64,000 bases of DNA from a bacterium. GTDB taxonomy: Bacteria > Electryoneota > JAOADG01. Shown in pieces: positions 17,794 through 28,739 of this stretch. The notes under the pieces are model-generated. The model saw nothing but the letters and a program-made list of their open reading frames with translations. It was not told the DNA's origin and did not search any database. Location: positions 11,678 to 75,677 of the forward strand of contig JAOADG010000024.1 in NCBI GenBank assembly GCA_026417415.1. Reading direction: 5' to 3'. Made by a program: the position numbers and the translations under genes. Position 1 is the first letter of the stretch; the number at the start of each line of letters is the position of its first letter.

Positions 17794-20070
17794 ATGAAAC
17801 ATCGCTATTTTATCATCCTACTTTGTCTTTTGAATGGCATCGTATATCCAATTTTTGCTCGTGATGATTATGCAATGAAAGTTGAACACGATACTACCGA
17901 AGTGACTAAGTCCGTTTTAATGCCAGAAATTGTTGTTTCAGCGGGTCGTGTCGGACAAAGATCTTCGGTCACCTATACCAATATGGATGCGAATGAAATT
18001 TCCAAAAACCACACAGTAACCGATTTACCATTGGTTCTTAATACCATCCCTAATTTATTTAGTTATTCGGAAGCAGGTAGTTTGATGGGATACAGTTACT
18101 TGCGATTACGTGGTTTCGATCAGTCCAAAGTTGCAGTGTTGGTGAATGGAATGCCGCTGAATGATCCTGAATCTCATTTTGTGTATTGGGTGGATTTGCC
18201 TGATATTGCAAGTTCAGCACAAGACATTCAAGTCCAAAGAGGGGCAGGACAAAGTGGTCTCGGTTTTTCTCCATTTGGTGGTGCAATCAATATCGCTACC
18301 CTTCAATCTTCCCCTTGGAATTTGAAATTAGAAATGGGTTATGGAAACTGGAACACACGAAAACGATCCATTCAATATTACAGTGGGTTAATCAACAATC
18401 AATGGAGTTTTATCGGGCGGTATTCTAAACTTAATAGTGATGGGTATCGTGATGACAGTTGGTCAGAACTTTGGAGTGCTTATTTATCAATCATCAGAAA
18501 ACATTCAAAAGGTGAAGACCAATTCAACGTCATTCTTGGTAATGAAAGGTTACATCTGGCCTATTATGGAGTACCAATTGATAGTATTTATGCAAGATCA
18601 AAGTACAATCCACTTACTGCACCAATTCCACAAACTGACCAATTTTACCAACCTCATTACCAATGGGTCAATTCTTTCCAAATATCCGAAAACATCAAAT
18701 ATGAACACACATTTTATCTCTCTCAAGGAAAAGGCAGTTACGTGCAGTGGAAACCACAAACAAGGTTGTCGCGATATGGGTTAGGACCGTTTACGGTTCG
18801 TAGTTCAAGTGGAACCGATTCGACCATTTCAAAAGCAGATTTAATCACTGAAAAATGGGTTGCAATGGAACAAATAGGATATTTTCCATCGTTACACCTC
18901 AAAAACGAAATGGGGGATTGGATTGGTGATGTTGAAATTCGAAAAAATGTTGCAAGTCATTGGGGAGTGGTAAATTGGGCAAATCTTGTTCCACCTGATG
19001 CAGAACCAACACCCGAATGGTATAGATGGCGAAGTGTAAAAGAATATCTGGGGTTAGGGTTACGAGCCGATATCAAACTTACTGATCATTTGATGTTTAG
19101 TCCTTCAGTCACTTCACGTTATATCAGTTACTCCATTGATCAAAGAGTAGGACGAAATGTCCAACTTTATCCTGGCCACAATACACAAGCCAATTGGTTT
19201 TTCTTTTTACCGAAAATTGGGTTAACTTTTGAACGCCCAGAAGTGAACCTAATTTCACGGTTTAGTATTTCAAAGAGCGCACGTGAGCCCAATCAATCTC
19301 AATTGTTTGAAGCAAGCGATGGCGTACCACCAAACTTTAAGAAAAACAATGGCCGTTATTGGGAAGACCCCATCGCGAAACCAGAAGAATTAACATCAAT
19401 CGAGTTGGGTGTCAAATGGCTTCCAAATCCAAAAGTATTTCTAGATGTAGCGATATACCATCACTTATTCCAGAATGAAATTGTACCGATTGGTGGGTTA
19501 AATGAATTGGGTGAACCCATTGTAGGGAATGCAAAATCTTCTTATCAAACTGGGATTGAAATCGAAGGAGCAGTTCAACTTAATCCGCAACTCGTCTGGA
19601 AAGGGAACATTAGCGCAGCACAAGCCAAGTTTTCTGATTTTACCGTGTATGATCAACAATTGGATGCGAACTGGGATCCAGTAAATACAGTAGCCACAAA
19701 ATTAGATGGAAATGATGTTCCCTATGTTCCCAAGATGATTACCAATTCTACTTTTGAATACAACTTAAAACAGTTAACCATCTGGACTTCTACTCGATAT
19801 GTAGGTAAGATACCTATGAACATGAGAGGGGATAAAAAACTTGTACAACCCCCTTATAGTACTACAGGGATTGGAGTACAATACAATGTAAATATCAGCA
19901 AAGAATTGCAACTAACATTTGATACAAGAGTAAACAATGTGTTTGATAGAAAATATGCCGCAGGAGGATATTTCTATGAGTATCCTTCACCTGACGGTGT
20001 TGTGCAGGTAGTTGATTACTTCCCCGGTACACCGAGGAATTATTGGTTAGGTGTTTCAATCAAACTTTAA
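17794..20070 (+). CDS. TonB-dependent receptor, probably a thiamine or thiamine-precursor importer
   Basis: TonB-box-like EIVVSA; plug LRGFD...VLVNGMPLND and IQVQRG; C-terminal NNVFDRKY...PRNYWLGVSIKL; upstream TPP riboswitch. Confidence 0.9.
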   Translation: MKHRYFIILLCLLNGIVYPIFARDDYAMKVEHDTTEVTKSVLMPEIVVSAGRVGQRSSVTYTNMDANEISKNHTVTDLPLVLNTIPNLFSYSEAGSLMGYSYLRLRGFDQSKVAVLVNGMPLNDPESHFVYWVDLPDIASSAQDIQVQRGAGQSGLGFSPFGGAINIATLQSSPWNLKLEMGYGNWNTRKRSIQYYSGLINNQWSFIGRYSKLNSDGYRDDSWSELWSAYLSIIRKHSKGEDQFNVILGNERLHLAYYGVPIDSIYARSKYNPLTAPIPQTDQFYQPHYQWVNSFQISENIKYEHTFYLSQGKGSYVQWKPQTRLSRYGLGPFTVRSSSGTDSTISKADLITEKWVAMEQIGYFPSLHLKNEMGDWIGDVEIRKNVASHWGVVNWANLVPPDAEPTPEWYRWRSVKEYLGLGLRADIKLTDHLMFSPSVTSRYISYSIDQRVGRNVQLYPGHNTQANWFFFLPKIGLTFERPEVNLISRFSISKSAREPNQSQLFEASDGVPPNFKKNNGRYWEDPIAKPEELTSIELGVKWLPNPKVFLDVAIYHHLFQNEIVPIGGLNELGEPIVGNAKSSYQTGIEIEGAVQLNPQLVWKGNISAAQAKFSDFTVYDQQLDANWDPVNTVATKLDGNDVPYVPKMITNSTFEYNLKQLTIWTSTRYVGKIPMNMRGDKKLVQPPYSTTGIGVQYNVNISKELQLTFDTRVNNVFDRKYAAGGYFYEYPSPDGVVQVVDYFPGTPRNYWLGVSIKL

Positions 20071-20088
20071 TGAACGTATGGTAAGGAG

Positions 20089-20117
20089 AAAAGGACGGTC
20101 AAAAAACCGTCCTTTTT
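20089..20117 (+). terminator. Intrinsic terminator
   Basis: AAAAGGACGGT-CAAAAA-ACCGTCCTTTT. Confidence 0.8.
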
Positions 20118-20186
20118 GTTTGTATAGTGGAATTCAAACAAAGAACAATTTAAATTACTACAAAATTGTAGCACAATGAGGCACAA

Positions 20187-22640
20187 ATGATAAACATCAA
20201 ACAAGGACTTCTTTTGTTTGTTTACCTCCTATCCATTTCTTTTGCTTGGGCAACTATCAATGAAAAACTTCTTATCGGAACCAAAAGGTATCGCTTTTAT
20301 GCAGATCATAAATTGATCCAACGTTTAGAACTAGATTACAAAGGTGTCATAGTTGATGAAGCCACTCGGTTCGGTGAAGCAGTGATCTGGGCAGATCCAA
20401 TATCCTATCAACAATTGACAGCAGCAGGTTTTGCTTTAGAGGAATATCCAGAAGAACCTTTGCCATTTGACTGGTGGACCGTTTATCCCACAATCCAACA
20501 AGTATCTGATTCGTTAGTTGCATTAGCACAAAGACACCCGAATCGTGCCAGAGTAGATACCATTGGCATCTCCATACAAAATCGTCCTTTGGTTGCAATA
20601 ACACTTGGCGACAACATCAATCAACCGAATTTTCAAAACCGTCCTACCATCATGTTCATTGGTTGTATTCATGGGAATGAAAAACCAGGTGCTCCGTTGT
20701 TGTTGAATTATGCAGAGTTTTTACTGGATTCGTCAGAATATCATGCAACAGCAAATCGAATTATGGCTGAGTGTAGAACCTTAATTTTACCTGTTGCGAA
20801 TCCTGATGGATACAATGCACATACTCGCGGTAACGCAGCAGGAAGTGACTTAAATCGAAATTTCCCTTGTAAAACCACAGCAGATAGTATCGATTCAGAA
20901 GATGGAAGACAACCTGAAACCAGAGCATTGATGAGATGGAGTCATCAACAAAAACCTTTATTATCATTGAATTTTCACACTGGTGCACTGGTTGTCAACT
21001 GGCCTTATGATAGTGATATAGATGCTGGAGCGGCAGCATCTTATCCACCATTTCCAGATAAACCATGGTATCAAGCAGCAGCTGATAGTTATGCTTTTTA
21101 TAATCCACCCATGTGGGCAAACAACGGAAGTGGATTTCGGAATGGGACTGTGAACGGAGTGGCATGGTATCAAGCACCCGGAAGTTTACAAGATTATCAT
21201 TGCCGTTATGTGAATACCAGACACATGACCATAGAACTTAACAGTACCTCAACACCACCGGCAACTTGGTTACCAACGATGTGGGAAACCAATCGGAACA
21301 GCATTCTGGTATTCAGTTCACTTATCTGGCAAGGGATTGACTTGGTGGTACCTAACCTATCATTGCAAATGGATAATCTGTATTGTGATGTTGGGTTTGG
21401 AACTGCACAATACTTGCGAATTGGCAATACCAATACCTTCCGCTTATTGTTGTTAGAAGGTTCGTATTTACCAAGACTTTACAGACCTTTGCGTTGGAGC
21501 ACCGTATCTATTAATGAACTTAATCGTGTACAGGTGAATCGAAATCAATTGATGGTGATAACACGTAACTTGCAAGAAAGGAATCTCGCAAATTCTGGTT
21601 TATTTCAAGTTTATTTACCCAATGGAGAACTATTCGGGTCAAGCAATTTTAATGAAAATCAATATTTATTATTTCAAGAAAACAATGCTACTTGGTCCAC
21701 CTATTCAATGCAAAACTTAGGATTAAATTTGGTTGACTCGGTTGGAAACATTGCAGAAAGAAGTTGGTTGTTAAGAGAAAATATTCCCAATGGAAGTTTA
21801 ATTTGTATTCCAAATGCTACAGGAGATATTGGCAATAGCGGATATTTTAACGCTTTAATTGTTTCGCGATCCTTCAACGATACTGCTCGTTTTGGTTCAG
21901 GTGATGCTTTACAAATCACTACCAATGGAAGACAGTCCAACGGATTGTCTGAATCTCCTGTTGGAAATTATGGTAACAATTGGAACAGAAGATTTTATTT
22001 TAATCCCTTTATCGTACCCACATCAGCAAGTATAGGAATACCTAATACTTTAGCCGATTGTTTCGATACAATTCCGAAAGTAAGAGTATCCTTTCAATAT
22101 CGTGGAAATATGGAAACCTATTTTGATTATTGGGTAGTGGTCTATACCATTAACAACGGACCAAACATAGTTGCAGATACCTTGACAGGAATTGTACCAA
22201 ATTGGAAAACCTTTTACTTTGATATTCCTATTCAAGTTCCTTCACCAACCATACGTGTGGGTATTGTGGTTTCAACAGATGGATCTGTAACCAGAGATGG
22301 ATTTACATTAGATGATTTTTCTGTTACAGCAATGTACACTTATACTACAGAAACAAGAGAATCGGATGAGTTATTACCCCATGAATTTTCAATCCAATGT
22401 TTTCCAAACCCATTTAACAATACAGCAAAAGTTCTTTTCACACTTCCTGTTTATGGAGAACTGAACATTCAGTTATACGATCCGCTGGGTAGAGTAGTAA
22501 GAAATTTCAATAGTGGTTATCAAAATGCTGGGACTTATGGGTACCATCTGAACTCGGATGATTTGAGCAGTGGTGTCTATTTTTTACGAGCCCAGCACAA
22601 TGAGAAAATAAAAGTCCAAAAAATTGCTATTCTTAAGTAA
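20187..22640 (+). CDS. Secreted M14 family zinc carboxypeptidase with a PNPFN C-terminal sorting domain
   Basis: Motifs IHGNE, NPDG, DLNRNF, QPETRA, LNFHTG and TIEL; C-terminal FPNPFN...LSSGVYF. Confidence 0.9.
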   Translation: MINIKQGLLLFVYLLSISFAWATINEKLLIGTKRYRFYADHKLIQRLELDYKGVIVDEATRFGEAVIWADPISYQQLTAAGFALEEYPEEPLPFDWWTVYPTIQQVSDSLVALAQRHPNRARVDTIGISIQNRPLVAITLGDNINQPNFQNRPTIMFIGCIHGNEKPGAPLLLNYAEFLLDSSEYHATANRIMAECRTLILPVANPDGYNAHTRGNAAGSDLNRNFPCKTTADSIDSEDGRQPETRALMRWSHQQKPLLSLNFHTGALVVNWPYDSDIDAGAAASYPPFPDKPWYQAAADSYAFYNPPMWANNGSGFRNGTVNGVAWYQAPGSLQDYHCRYVNTRHMTIELNSTSTPPATWLPTMWETNRNSILVFSSLIWQGIDLVVPNLSLQMDNLYCDVGFGTAQYLRIGNTNTFRLLLLEGSYLPRLYRPLRWSTVSINELNRVQVNRNQLMVITRNLQERNLANSGLFQVYLPNGELFGSSNFNENQYLLFQENNATWSTYSMQNLGLNLVDSVGNIAERSWLLRENIPNGSLICIPNATGDIGNSGYFNALIVSRSFNDTARFGSGDALQITTNGRQSNGLSESPVGNYGNNWNRRFYFNPFIVPTSASIGIPNTLADCFDTIPKVRVSFQYRGNMETYFDYWVVVYTINNGPNIVADTLTGIVPNWKTFYFDIPIQVPSPTIRVGIVVSTDGSVTRDGFTLDDFSVTAMYTYTTETRESDELLPHEFSIQCFPNPFNNTAKVLFTLPVYGELNIQLYDPLGRVVRNFNSGYQNAGTYGYHLNSDDLSSGVYFLRAQHNEKIKVQKIAILK

Positions 22641-22686
22641 CGTAAACCATTTCTAAAAAAGAAAAAAACAAGTGAGATGAAATAAA

Positions 22687-22714
22687 AAAGCCGAATGGAA
22701 CACCATTCGGCTTT
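22687..22714. terminator. Bidirectional intrinsic terminator
   Basis: AAAGCCGAATGG-AACA-CCATTCGGCTTT between convergent genes. Confidence 0.85.
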
Positions 22715-22735
22715 CTGTTTCAAAAACTAAAAAAT

Positions 22736-25015
22736 TTACAACGTTGCGTCAACAGCCGCAAATGCAGCGATATTAACAATCTCGCTAACTTCGCAACTTC
22801 GTTGCAATACGTGAACACTTTTACCCATTCCCATTAAAATTGGACCAATGGGTTCTGCTCTTCCTAAGCGAATTAGTAACTTGTAAGCGATATTTCCACT
22901 GGTCATATCCGGGAAAATCAGAGTATTCGGTTCACTGCCATTTAAGAATGAAAACGGATAGGTTCTAGATAGTAGTTCTGGAGTGGTTGCGGTATCTGCT
23001 TGCATTTCACCATCAATAACGATATCGGGACGACGTTCACGGACAATATTGACTGCAGTACGTACCATTTTCGCTTTCGGATGAACAACACTACCAAAGT
23101 TTGAAAAGCTTAGCATCGCCACTTTTGGTTCTATATTGAAATGCTTTTTCACAGTATCTGCAGCTAAAATTGCAATCTCTGCTAAATCTTCAGGTGTATT
23201 AAGGTCAATGTTTACAGTGGTATCTGCTAAAAAGAACGTTTTATCCTTAAACACCAAGGCATAGAGTCCTGAAACATTTTTCACTCCCTCTTTCTTGGGT
23301 AATAATTGTAACGCTGGACGCAAGGTATCTGGATAATGTTGTGAGACACCAGCAACCATCGCATCAGCTTTTCCTAAACGAACCAAGATAGCAGCCAAAT
23401 AGTTGGGATTTTCAAGGAGTCGTTTGGCTTCATAAAGCGTCACACCGCGACGTTGACGTTTTGCCCAAAGCTCGTGAACATATTGATCCAATTCTTCCTG
23501 TGGCAATTGCTTGTAATCAATGATGGTACAACCATTTAAATTGAGATTCATTTTTTCTTGTTTAGTTCGGATGATATCCGAGTCACCAATTAAAACTGGA
23601 ATACAAATTTTTTCATCAATCAATTGAGCAGCTGCTCTTAAGATTTTATCGTGTTCACCTTCTGGGAATACCACTTTTTTAAGGTGTAATTTCGCTCGAT
23701 TGACAAACATTCTTGTAATTTCGCGACTGTGTCCTAATAAGCTTTCCAAATGGTCGCGATACTTATCAAAATCTTCTATTGGTTTACGAGCAACTCCACT
23801 TTCACAAGCTGCTTTTGCCACCGCTACTGCTTCCCATAGTAAGACACGATGATCCAACGGTTTTGGAATTAAATAATCTTTCCCAAAGGTCAATTTTTCA
23901 ACACCATATGCTGCACAAACATAATCCGGTACGTCTTGTTTCGCTAAAGCAGCCAGTGAATAGGTTGCTGCAATTTTCATCTCTTCGTTAATTTGAGAAG
24001 CATGGCAATCCAAAGCACCACGGAAGATAAAAGGAAATCCTAATACATTGTTTACTTGATTGGGATAATCGCTACGTCCGGTGGCCATAATGACGTCGGA
24101 TCGTGCGTCCAATGCATCTGGATAAGAAATTTCTGGATTTGGGTTAGCCATTGCCATGATGATTGGATCTTTAGCCATGGAACGAGCCATTTCTTTTGAC
24201 ACTACATTGGCAACTGAACAACCACAAAATACATCCGAATCTTTCATAGCATCTGCTAAAGTCCTAGCATTGGTATCGTTGGCAAAATAGGCCTTGTATT
24301 TATTGTACTTTGGATGAGAAGGATCCAAATCTTCGCGGCCTTTATACAAGACCCCTTTAGTATCACAAAGAATGATATTTTCTAATTTGACTCCTAATGC
24401 TTCATACATTTTTGCACATGCAATTCCGGAAGCACCTGCACCATTAACGACCAACTTGATTTTGGTAATATCTTTTCCAACAAGTTCCAATCCATTGATT
24501 AACGCTGCACCGGAAATGATTGCTGTTCCATGTTGATCATCATGAAAAACCGGAATCTTCATCGTTGCCTTAAGCGTTTCTTCTATATAAAAACAAGCAG
24601 GAGCAGCAATGTCTTCTAAATTAATTCCGCCAAAAGTGGGCTCTAACAATTGACAAACTTTAATCACTTCATCTGGATCGCGGCTATCAATTTCTATATC
24701 AAACACATCTACATCCGCAAACCGCTTAAATAAAACCCCTTTCCCTTCCATAACCGGCTTACCGGCTAATGCTCCAATATCACCTAAACCCAATACTGCA
24801 GTTCCGTTTGAAACCACGGCAACTAAGTTTCCTTTTGCAGTATATAAATAAGCAAGTGAAGGGTCCTTTTCTATCCGTAAACACGGTTCTGCAACGCCAG
24901 GTGAATATGCCAAGGTGAGGTCACGTTGAGTCAAGCAAGGTTTCGTGGGAATGACTTCAATTTTGCCTTTTCTACCGCGGGCATGGTATTCTAATGCTTC
25001 TTGAAACAAATCCAT
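22736..25015 (-). CDS. maeB: NADP-dependent malic enzyme with a C-terminal phosphotransacetylase-like domain
   Basis: [42 protein letters not shown]-terminal DGEMQAD and GNIAYKL. Confidence 0.97.
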   Translation of the reverse strand: MDLFQEALEYHARGRKGKIEVIPTKPCLTQRDLTLAYSPGVAEPCLRIEKDPSLAYLYTAKGNLVAVVSNGTAVLGLGDIGALAGKPVMEGKGVLFKRFADVDVFDIEIDSRDPDEVIKVCQLLEPTFGGINLEDIAAPACFYIEETLKATMKIPVFHDDQHGTAIISGAALINGLELVGKDITKIKLVVNGAGASGIACAKMYEALGVKLENIILCDTKGVLYKGREDLDPSHPKYNKYKAYFANDTNARTLADAMKDSDVFCGCSVANVVSKEMARSMAKDPIIMAMANPNPEISYPDALDARSDVIMATGRSDYPNQVNNVLGFPFIFRGALDCHASQINEEMKIAATYSLAALAKQDVPDYVCAAYGVEKLTFGKDYLIPKPLDHRVLLWEAVAVAKAACESGVARKPIEDFDKYRDHLESLLGHSREITRMFVNRAKLHLKKVVFPEGEHDKILRAAAQLIDEKICIPVLIGDSDIIRTKQEKMNLNLNGCTIIDYKQLPQEELDQYVHELWAKRQRRGVTLYEAKRLLENPNYLAAILVRLGKADAMVAGVSQHYPDTLRPALQLLPKKEGVKNVSGLYALVFKDKTFFLADTTVNIDLNTPEDLAEIAILAADTVKKHFNIEPKVAMLSFSNFGSVVHPKAKMVRTAVNIVRERRPDIVIDGEMQADTATTPELLSRTYPFSFLNGSEPNTLIFPDMTSGNIAYKLLIRLGRAEPIGPILMGMGKSVHVLQRSCEVSEIVNIAAFAAVDATL

Positions 25016-25143
25016 AAGATACTCCAGAGTAAATTTGTGAAACGTCCTTATAGAAGAATATTGAGAATCTAATCAGTGTGAAATTAAGTAGATAAAACAA
25101 AATAGTGAATACTTACACAAACTCCAAAGCGAAAGAGTAGAAA

Positions 25144-25512
25144 TTATTGACGATGGCTATGTTCATACAAAAAATCGGCTAAATATTTAAGATCGATCGG
25201 TTTCGTGATATAATCGGTGGCACCAATTTTAATGGCATCTCTTGCTACACTTAGATCATGTAATGCAGTAATCATCAGAACAGTTACATGTGAATCAATC
25301 TCCCGAATTTCTCGAAGTGTCTCAAGTCCACTCATTTCAGGCATGATGATGTCAAGTAAGATATAATGAGGTGAAAATTCTTTGGTTATTTCAATAGCAC
25401 TCTTTCCATTATAAGCCGTTTTTACCTCATAACCGTGTTCTTTTAGGAATCGACTTAAAATTTCACAAATATCAGGTTCATCGTCAACGACAAGAATGCG
25501 TTTAGTGTTCAT
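25144..25512 (-). CDS. Single-domain response regulator (receiver only)
   Basis: Motifs ILVVDDE, LLDIIMP and DYITKP; start placed at the ATG at 25512. Confidence 0.92.
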   Translation of the reverse strand: MNTKRILVVDDEPDICEILSRFLKEHGYEVKTAYNGKSAIEITKEFSPHYILLDIIMPEMSGLETLREIREIDSHVTVLMITALHDLSVARDAIKIGATDYITKPIDLKYLADFLYEHSHRQ

Positions 25513-25607
25513 AAAGAAACCCAATTGATTTGGACAATACAAAAACAAAATAAACAATTAGGTTTATAATGGCAAACAAATTTAACCCAAATACAATTTG
25601 AGTACAT

Positions 25608-27254
25608 CTATTGTGAAGCCCACCATGCCATGATAAACAGACATTGTGCGTTGTTTCCAATCGTGGGTTCATTGGTCAAAAAGTCCTGATAATCATCATA
25701 ATAAACAACGGTGTCATTTTGAAAAGCGGCAAATCTATCTTTACTCTCACGTACAATTTGAAAAGGCGCATAAGCACTTTTAGAAATAAACCCTCCCATA
25801 ATCGCTGCAGGCAAAGAGATCTTTTTTAGGTAAGCAATTTGGTGGTGAGGATATTTTGGATATTCATTCCCTGAATTGGTAATGAAAGAAACACCTAAAT
25901 GATTACACCCTAAAATAAAATCGCGTTGTTTACTTGCCAAACCAAGAAATGATCGTTTTCCAGTGGCTTTGGCGTACAAGATAGATAGTAAAGCGACTCC
26001 TGTTTGTACAGAAGCAGAACCCCAAGGATAAACAGAAAGTGGGTAACCGAATGGATTCGAATTTGACATATTTAAAAACTCATTTAGTACATTTTCTACA
26101 CGTTCTGCGCTCTTACTATCATATTCAGCAAACCGTGCATCAGCAAGCACAGTCAAATCCCCCCAAGAAAACCAAGTAATCATCGGCAAAGTATCTAAAA
26201 TAGATTTTGCTAAAGAAAAATACTCGCGGTTTTTCGTTGCACGATAGAGCTCCACTGCGGCCAATGCTAAATTGTCAGAAAAAGTATTATCCACATAAGC
26301 AGAATCTGCTTCAGATGTATAATTCGGAATGTTGGTAGAACACATTTGAAACAAACTTTGAGCGCGTGAAAGATACTCCTTTGCGATTTGATCTTCACCC
26401 ATTTGCCGAAAAACGCTGCTTGCAAGAGCAAACGTTGCAGAACTATAAGCACAATGAACTTTAGAAGGACGATTGTAACCAAATCTCGGGTGACTATCTT
26501 GTTCTGGTAAACGCCAATTTGTTCCTTTATCATTGGGATCACTAACTTGAGTGATGATTTGTAGATCTTGAAAGTGCGCTTTTTGTAACCATCGCAAGCC
26601 CACCATTGCTTCATCTAGTATATCTGCACGATGGTTGCTATTTCCATCATAAAACACCCTCGGAAAATATTGATAACTAAGTAGTAACAAATATGTAGTA
26701 TGAGCAATCGTTAAGGTAAATTTTCTATAATCTCCTGCATCATGCCAACCACCTGTTAAATCCAATTGAAGCGGATTGTTACTTGAACCTATTACGGAAG
26801 GTACATCGGTAAGATGGCAGGGTTGGTGATAATTTGAGAGTTCCGTTCCACAACGTTGGACCTCAAAAAATTTAAGTAGAGAATCAACTAACGGAAGGTA
26901 AAGCGAATTTTCAATTCGAAACTCATTTGAACGAATGCGACCGATGCGGATATGAAAGACACCATCTGATTGAAAATTTGAAAAATCAATGTGGTAGTGA
27001 TGTGGAAATCCTAAGTAAGATCCCAAATCGTTGCTCAACAATCCCTCATAAACCGTTTTACGTTGCTGAAAAATTTTGAATTCTGTGGTTCGTATTGGAG
27101 TACGTGACATCAACACAGCAATTTTACTATCGTATGGTAAATAGCCAATTTGGTTGACCCGTATCCAAGCATCTTCTTTTGATACTACGGCACCACAACC
27201 ATTGAGTAAGAAAAAGAAGATGAATAAAAAATTGAATGTATATTTCAATGACAT
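25608..27254 (-). CDS. Glycoside hydrolase family 9 with an N-terminal Ig-like domain
   Basis: Motifs RVNQIGY, GGWHDAGDY, PHHQ and TNEPTI; lipoprotein-like signal. The start may be 27254 or 27293. Confidence 0.9.
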   Translation of the reverse strand: MSLKYTFNFLFIFFFLLNGCGAVVSKEDAWIRVNQIGYLPYDSKIAVLMSRTPIRTTEFKIFQQRKTVYEGLLSNDLGSYLGFPHHYHIDFSNFQSDGVFHIRIGRIRSNEFRIENSLYLPLVDSLLKFFEVQRCGTELSNYHQPCHLTDVPSVIGSSNNPLQLDLTGGWHDAGDYRKFTLTIAHTTYLLLLSYQYFPRVFYDGNSNHRADILDEAMVGLRWLQKAHFQDLQIITQVSDPNDKGTNWRLPEQDSHPRFGYNRPSKVHCAYSSATFALASSVFRQMGEDQIAKEYLSRAQSLFQMCSTNIPNYTSEADSAYVDNTFSDNLALAAVELYRATKNREYFSLAKSILDTLPMITWFSWGDLTVLADARFAEYDSKSAERVENVLNEFLNMSNSNPFGYPLSVYPWGSASVQTGVALLSILYAKATGKRSFLGLASKQRDFILGCNHLGVSFITNSGNEYPKYPHHQIAYLKKISLPAAIMGGFISKSAYAPFQIVRESKDRFAAFQNDTVVYYDDYQDFLTNEPTIGNNAQCLFIMAWWASQ

Positions 27255-27261
27255 ACTGTTA

Positions 27262-28005
27262 TCACTTCTTGTTTGTTTGTTTAACGATGCCACCTAATTG
27301 ATAAAGTGGATGATCAAATTCAGTCAAAACCATTTTTTCCCATCTAATGCGTTGGGGATATCCAGTATCTTTAGGAAATTCCCAACGTGATTCAAGCAAT
27401 CTTGCCATTGGAGAGCGGATTTCAGTGGGCTCCTTGACAATTGCCACAGAATACCACAAAGAATCACATCGAGTAGTCGGATTGTACTCCCACAATGGAA
27501 TGGGTCTCGTTTCTCGAAATGGATAGAAAAGTACGGATTTTCCCCATACAATTTCAATTCTAGGAAAAAAAGTAGAATCGCTAATAAAATGTTCTCCTGA
27601 AGCTAAAATGGGTTGCTCAATCCATCGTTGTATCGTATGCTGCTGGAAATACAATTTGAAACTATCTATCCAATGGAGTTGAGCTGTATTGGCCAATCGT
27701 TCCGACATTCGTATCCGATCGAAACAGATGGAATGCAATTGGGTAAGAATCTGAAAATACTCTTCTTGTTTATTTGTCAATTCCTTCTTGGTGAAAAAGC
27801 AATTCCACTCTGCAATTTTACATTGCCAATAAGCAATTGCAATTCCTAAACGGTACATTTCTGCAACAAATTCTTTTTCAGACAGTTGCAAATCTTCCCA
27901 ACGTAGAAAATCATTTGCTACTTGTTTTGGAGGTTTTTTAGAACAAGAAAAAAGCAGAATTGAAAGGATAAACCAACAAAGAATAGTTTTTTCTGATCGC
28001 TTCAT
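27262..28005 (-). CDS. Hypothetical lipoprotein
   Basis: Lipobox LFSC; ATGA overlap with the upstream gene. Confidence 0.7.
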   Translation of the reverse strand: MKRSEKTILCWFILSILLFSCSKKPPKQVANDFLRWEDLQLSEKEFVAEMYRLGIAIAYWQCKIAEWNCFFTKKELTNKQEEYFQILTQLHSICFDRIRMSERLANTAQLHWIDSFKLYFQQHTIQRWIEQPILASGEHFISDSTFFPRIEIVWGKSVLFYPFRETRPIPLWEYNPTTRCDSLWYSVAIVKEPTEIRSPMARLLESRWEFPKDTGYPQRIRWEKMVLTEFDHPLYQLGGIVKQTNKK

Positions 28006-28739
28006 TTAGTTTTTGATAAGACAAGAAAATGGCTTATTGCAAGTAAAGGACAATGTGTATAGTCATTACGAAAAATCGTTTGACGTAAACATTTTTGAAG
28101 AAACGTCCAACGAATTACATCCATTGTAGCGGTAACATAAACGTGTTGATCTACTTTTAATCCTACCGATTGTACCAATTGGATTATTCTTCTTTTTGAA
28201 TAAATTCTTGCATTTGCAACTTTTTCGTGAATCGAGGTAGGTAACCAACTAACTAAATACGGAATCCGATTCCATGGTACTTTCTTTAGCAAACCTTGGC
28301 TTTTACAACCGTGAGTTTCAAATATCCACCATTTATTGGGTACAGTAAGAATAATTTTTCCCTGATCTTTCAATACACGTTTCATTTCTAACATTGCTTT
28401 TTGATCATTGGTCACATGTTCCAACACTTCAAAGCAAGTAATTAAATCAAAGGTTGAATCAGAGAAAGGGATTTTTTCTGCTGATCCATATTGCACGTCA
28501 ACTGATGGAAGTAACTGCTTTGCAATTTGTATATTCTCTAAAGATAGATCAATCGCTGTTACAAAAGAGGATTGTTTTAATAAATACGCAGTTTGTGCGC
28601 CATTCCCACACCCAACATCCAAAACACTTCCCCAATCTGTGTGGGGTAAAAAAAGACGCATTAAGTTCCATCGCCTCTCTAAAATAAACCATCCCCTATT
28701 TGCTGGTTGACCCAATGCAAATGTTGGTGAATATCTCAT
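28002..28739 (-). CDS. Class I SAM-dependent methyltransferase
   Basis: Motifs VLDVGCGNG, FDLITCFEVLEH and RVLK...LTVPN. Confidence 0.92.
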   Translation of the reverse strand: MRYSPTFALGQPANRGWFILERRWNLMRLFLPHTDWGSVLDVGCGNGAQTAYLLKQSSFVTAIDLSLENIQIAKQLLPSVDVQYGSAEKIPFSDSTFDLITCFEVLEHVTNDQKAMLEMKRVLKDQGKIILTVPNKWWIFETHGCKSQGLLKKVPWNRIPYLVSWLPTSIHEKVANARIYSKRRIIQLVQSVGLKVDQHVYVTATMDVIRWTFLQKCLRQTIFRNDYTHCPLLAISHFLVLSKTK

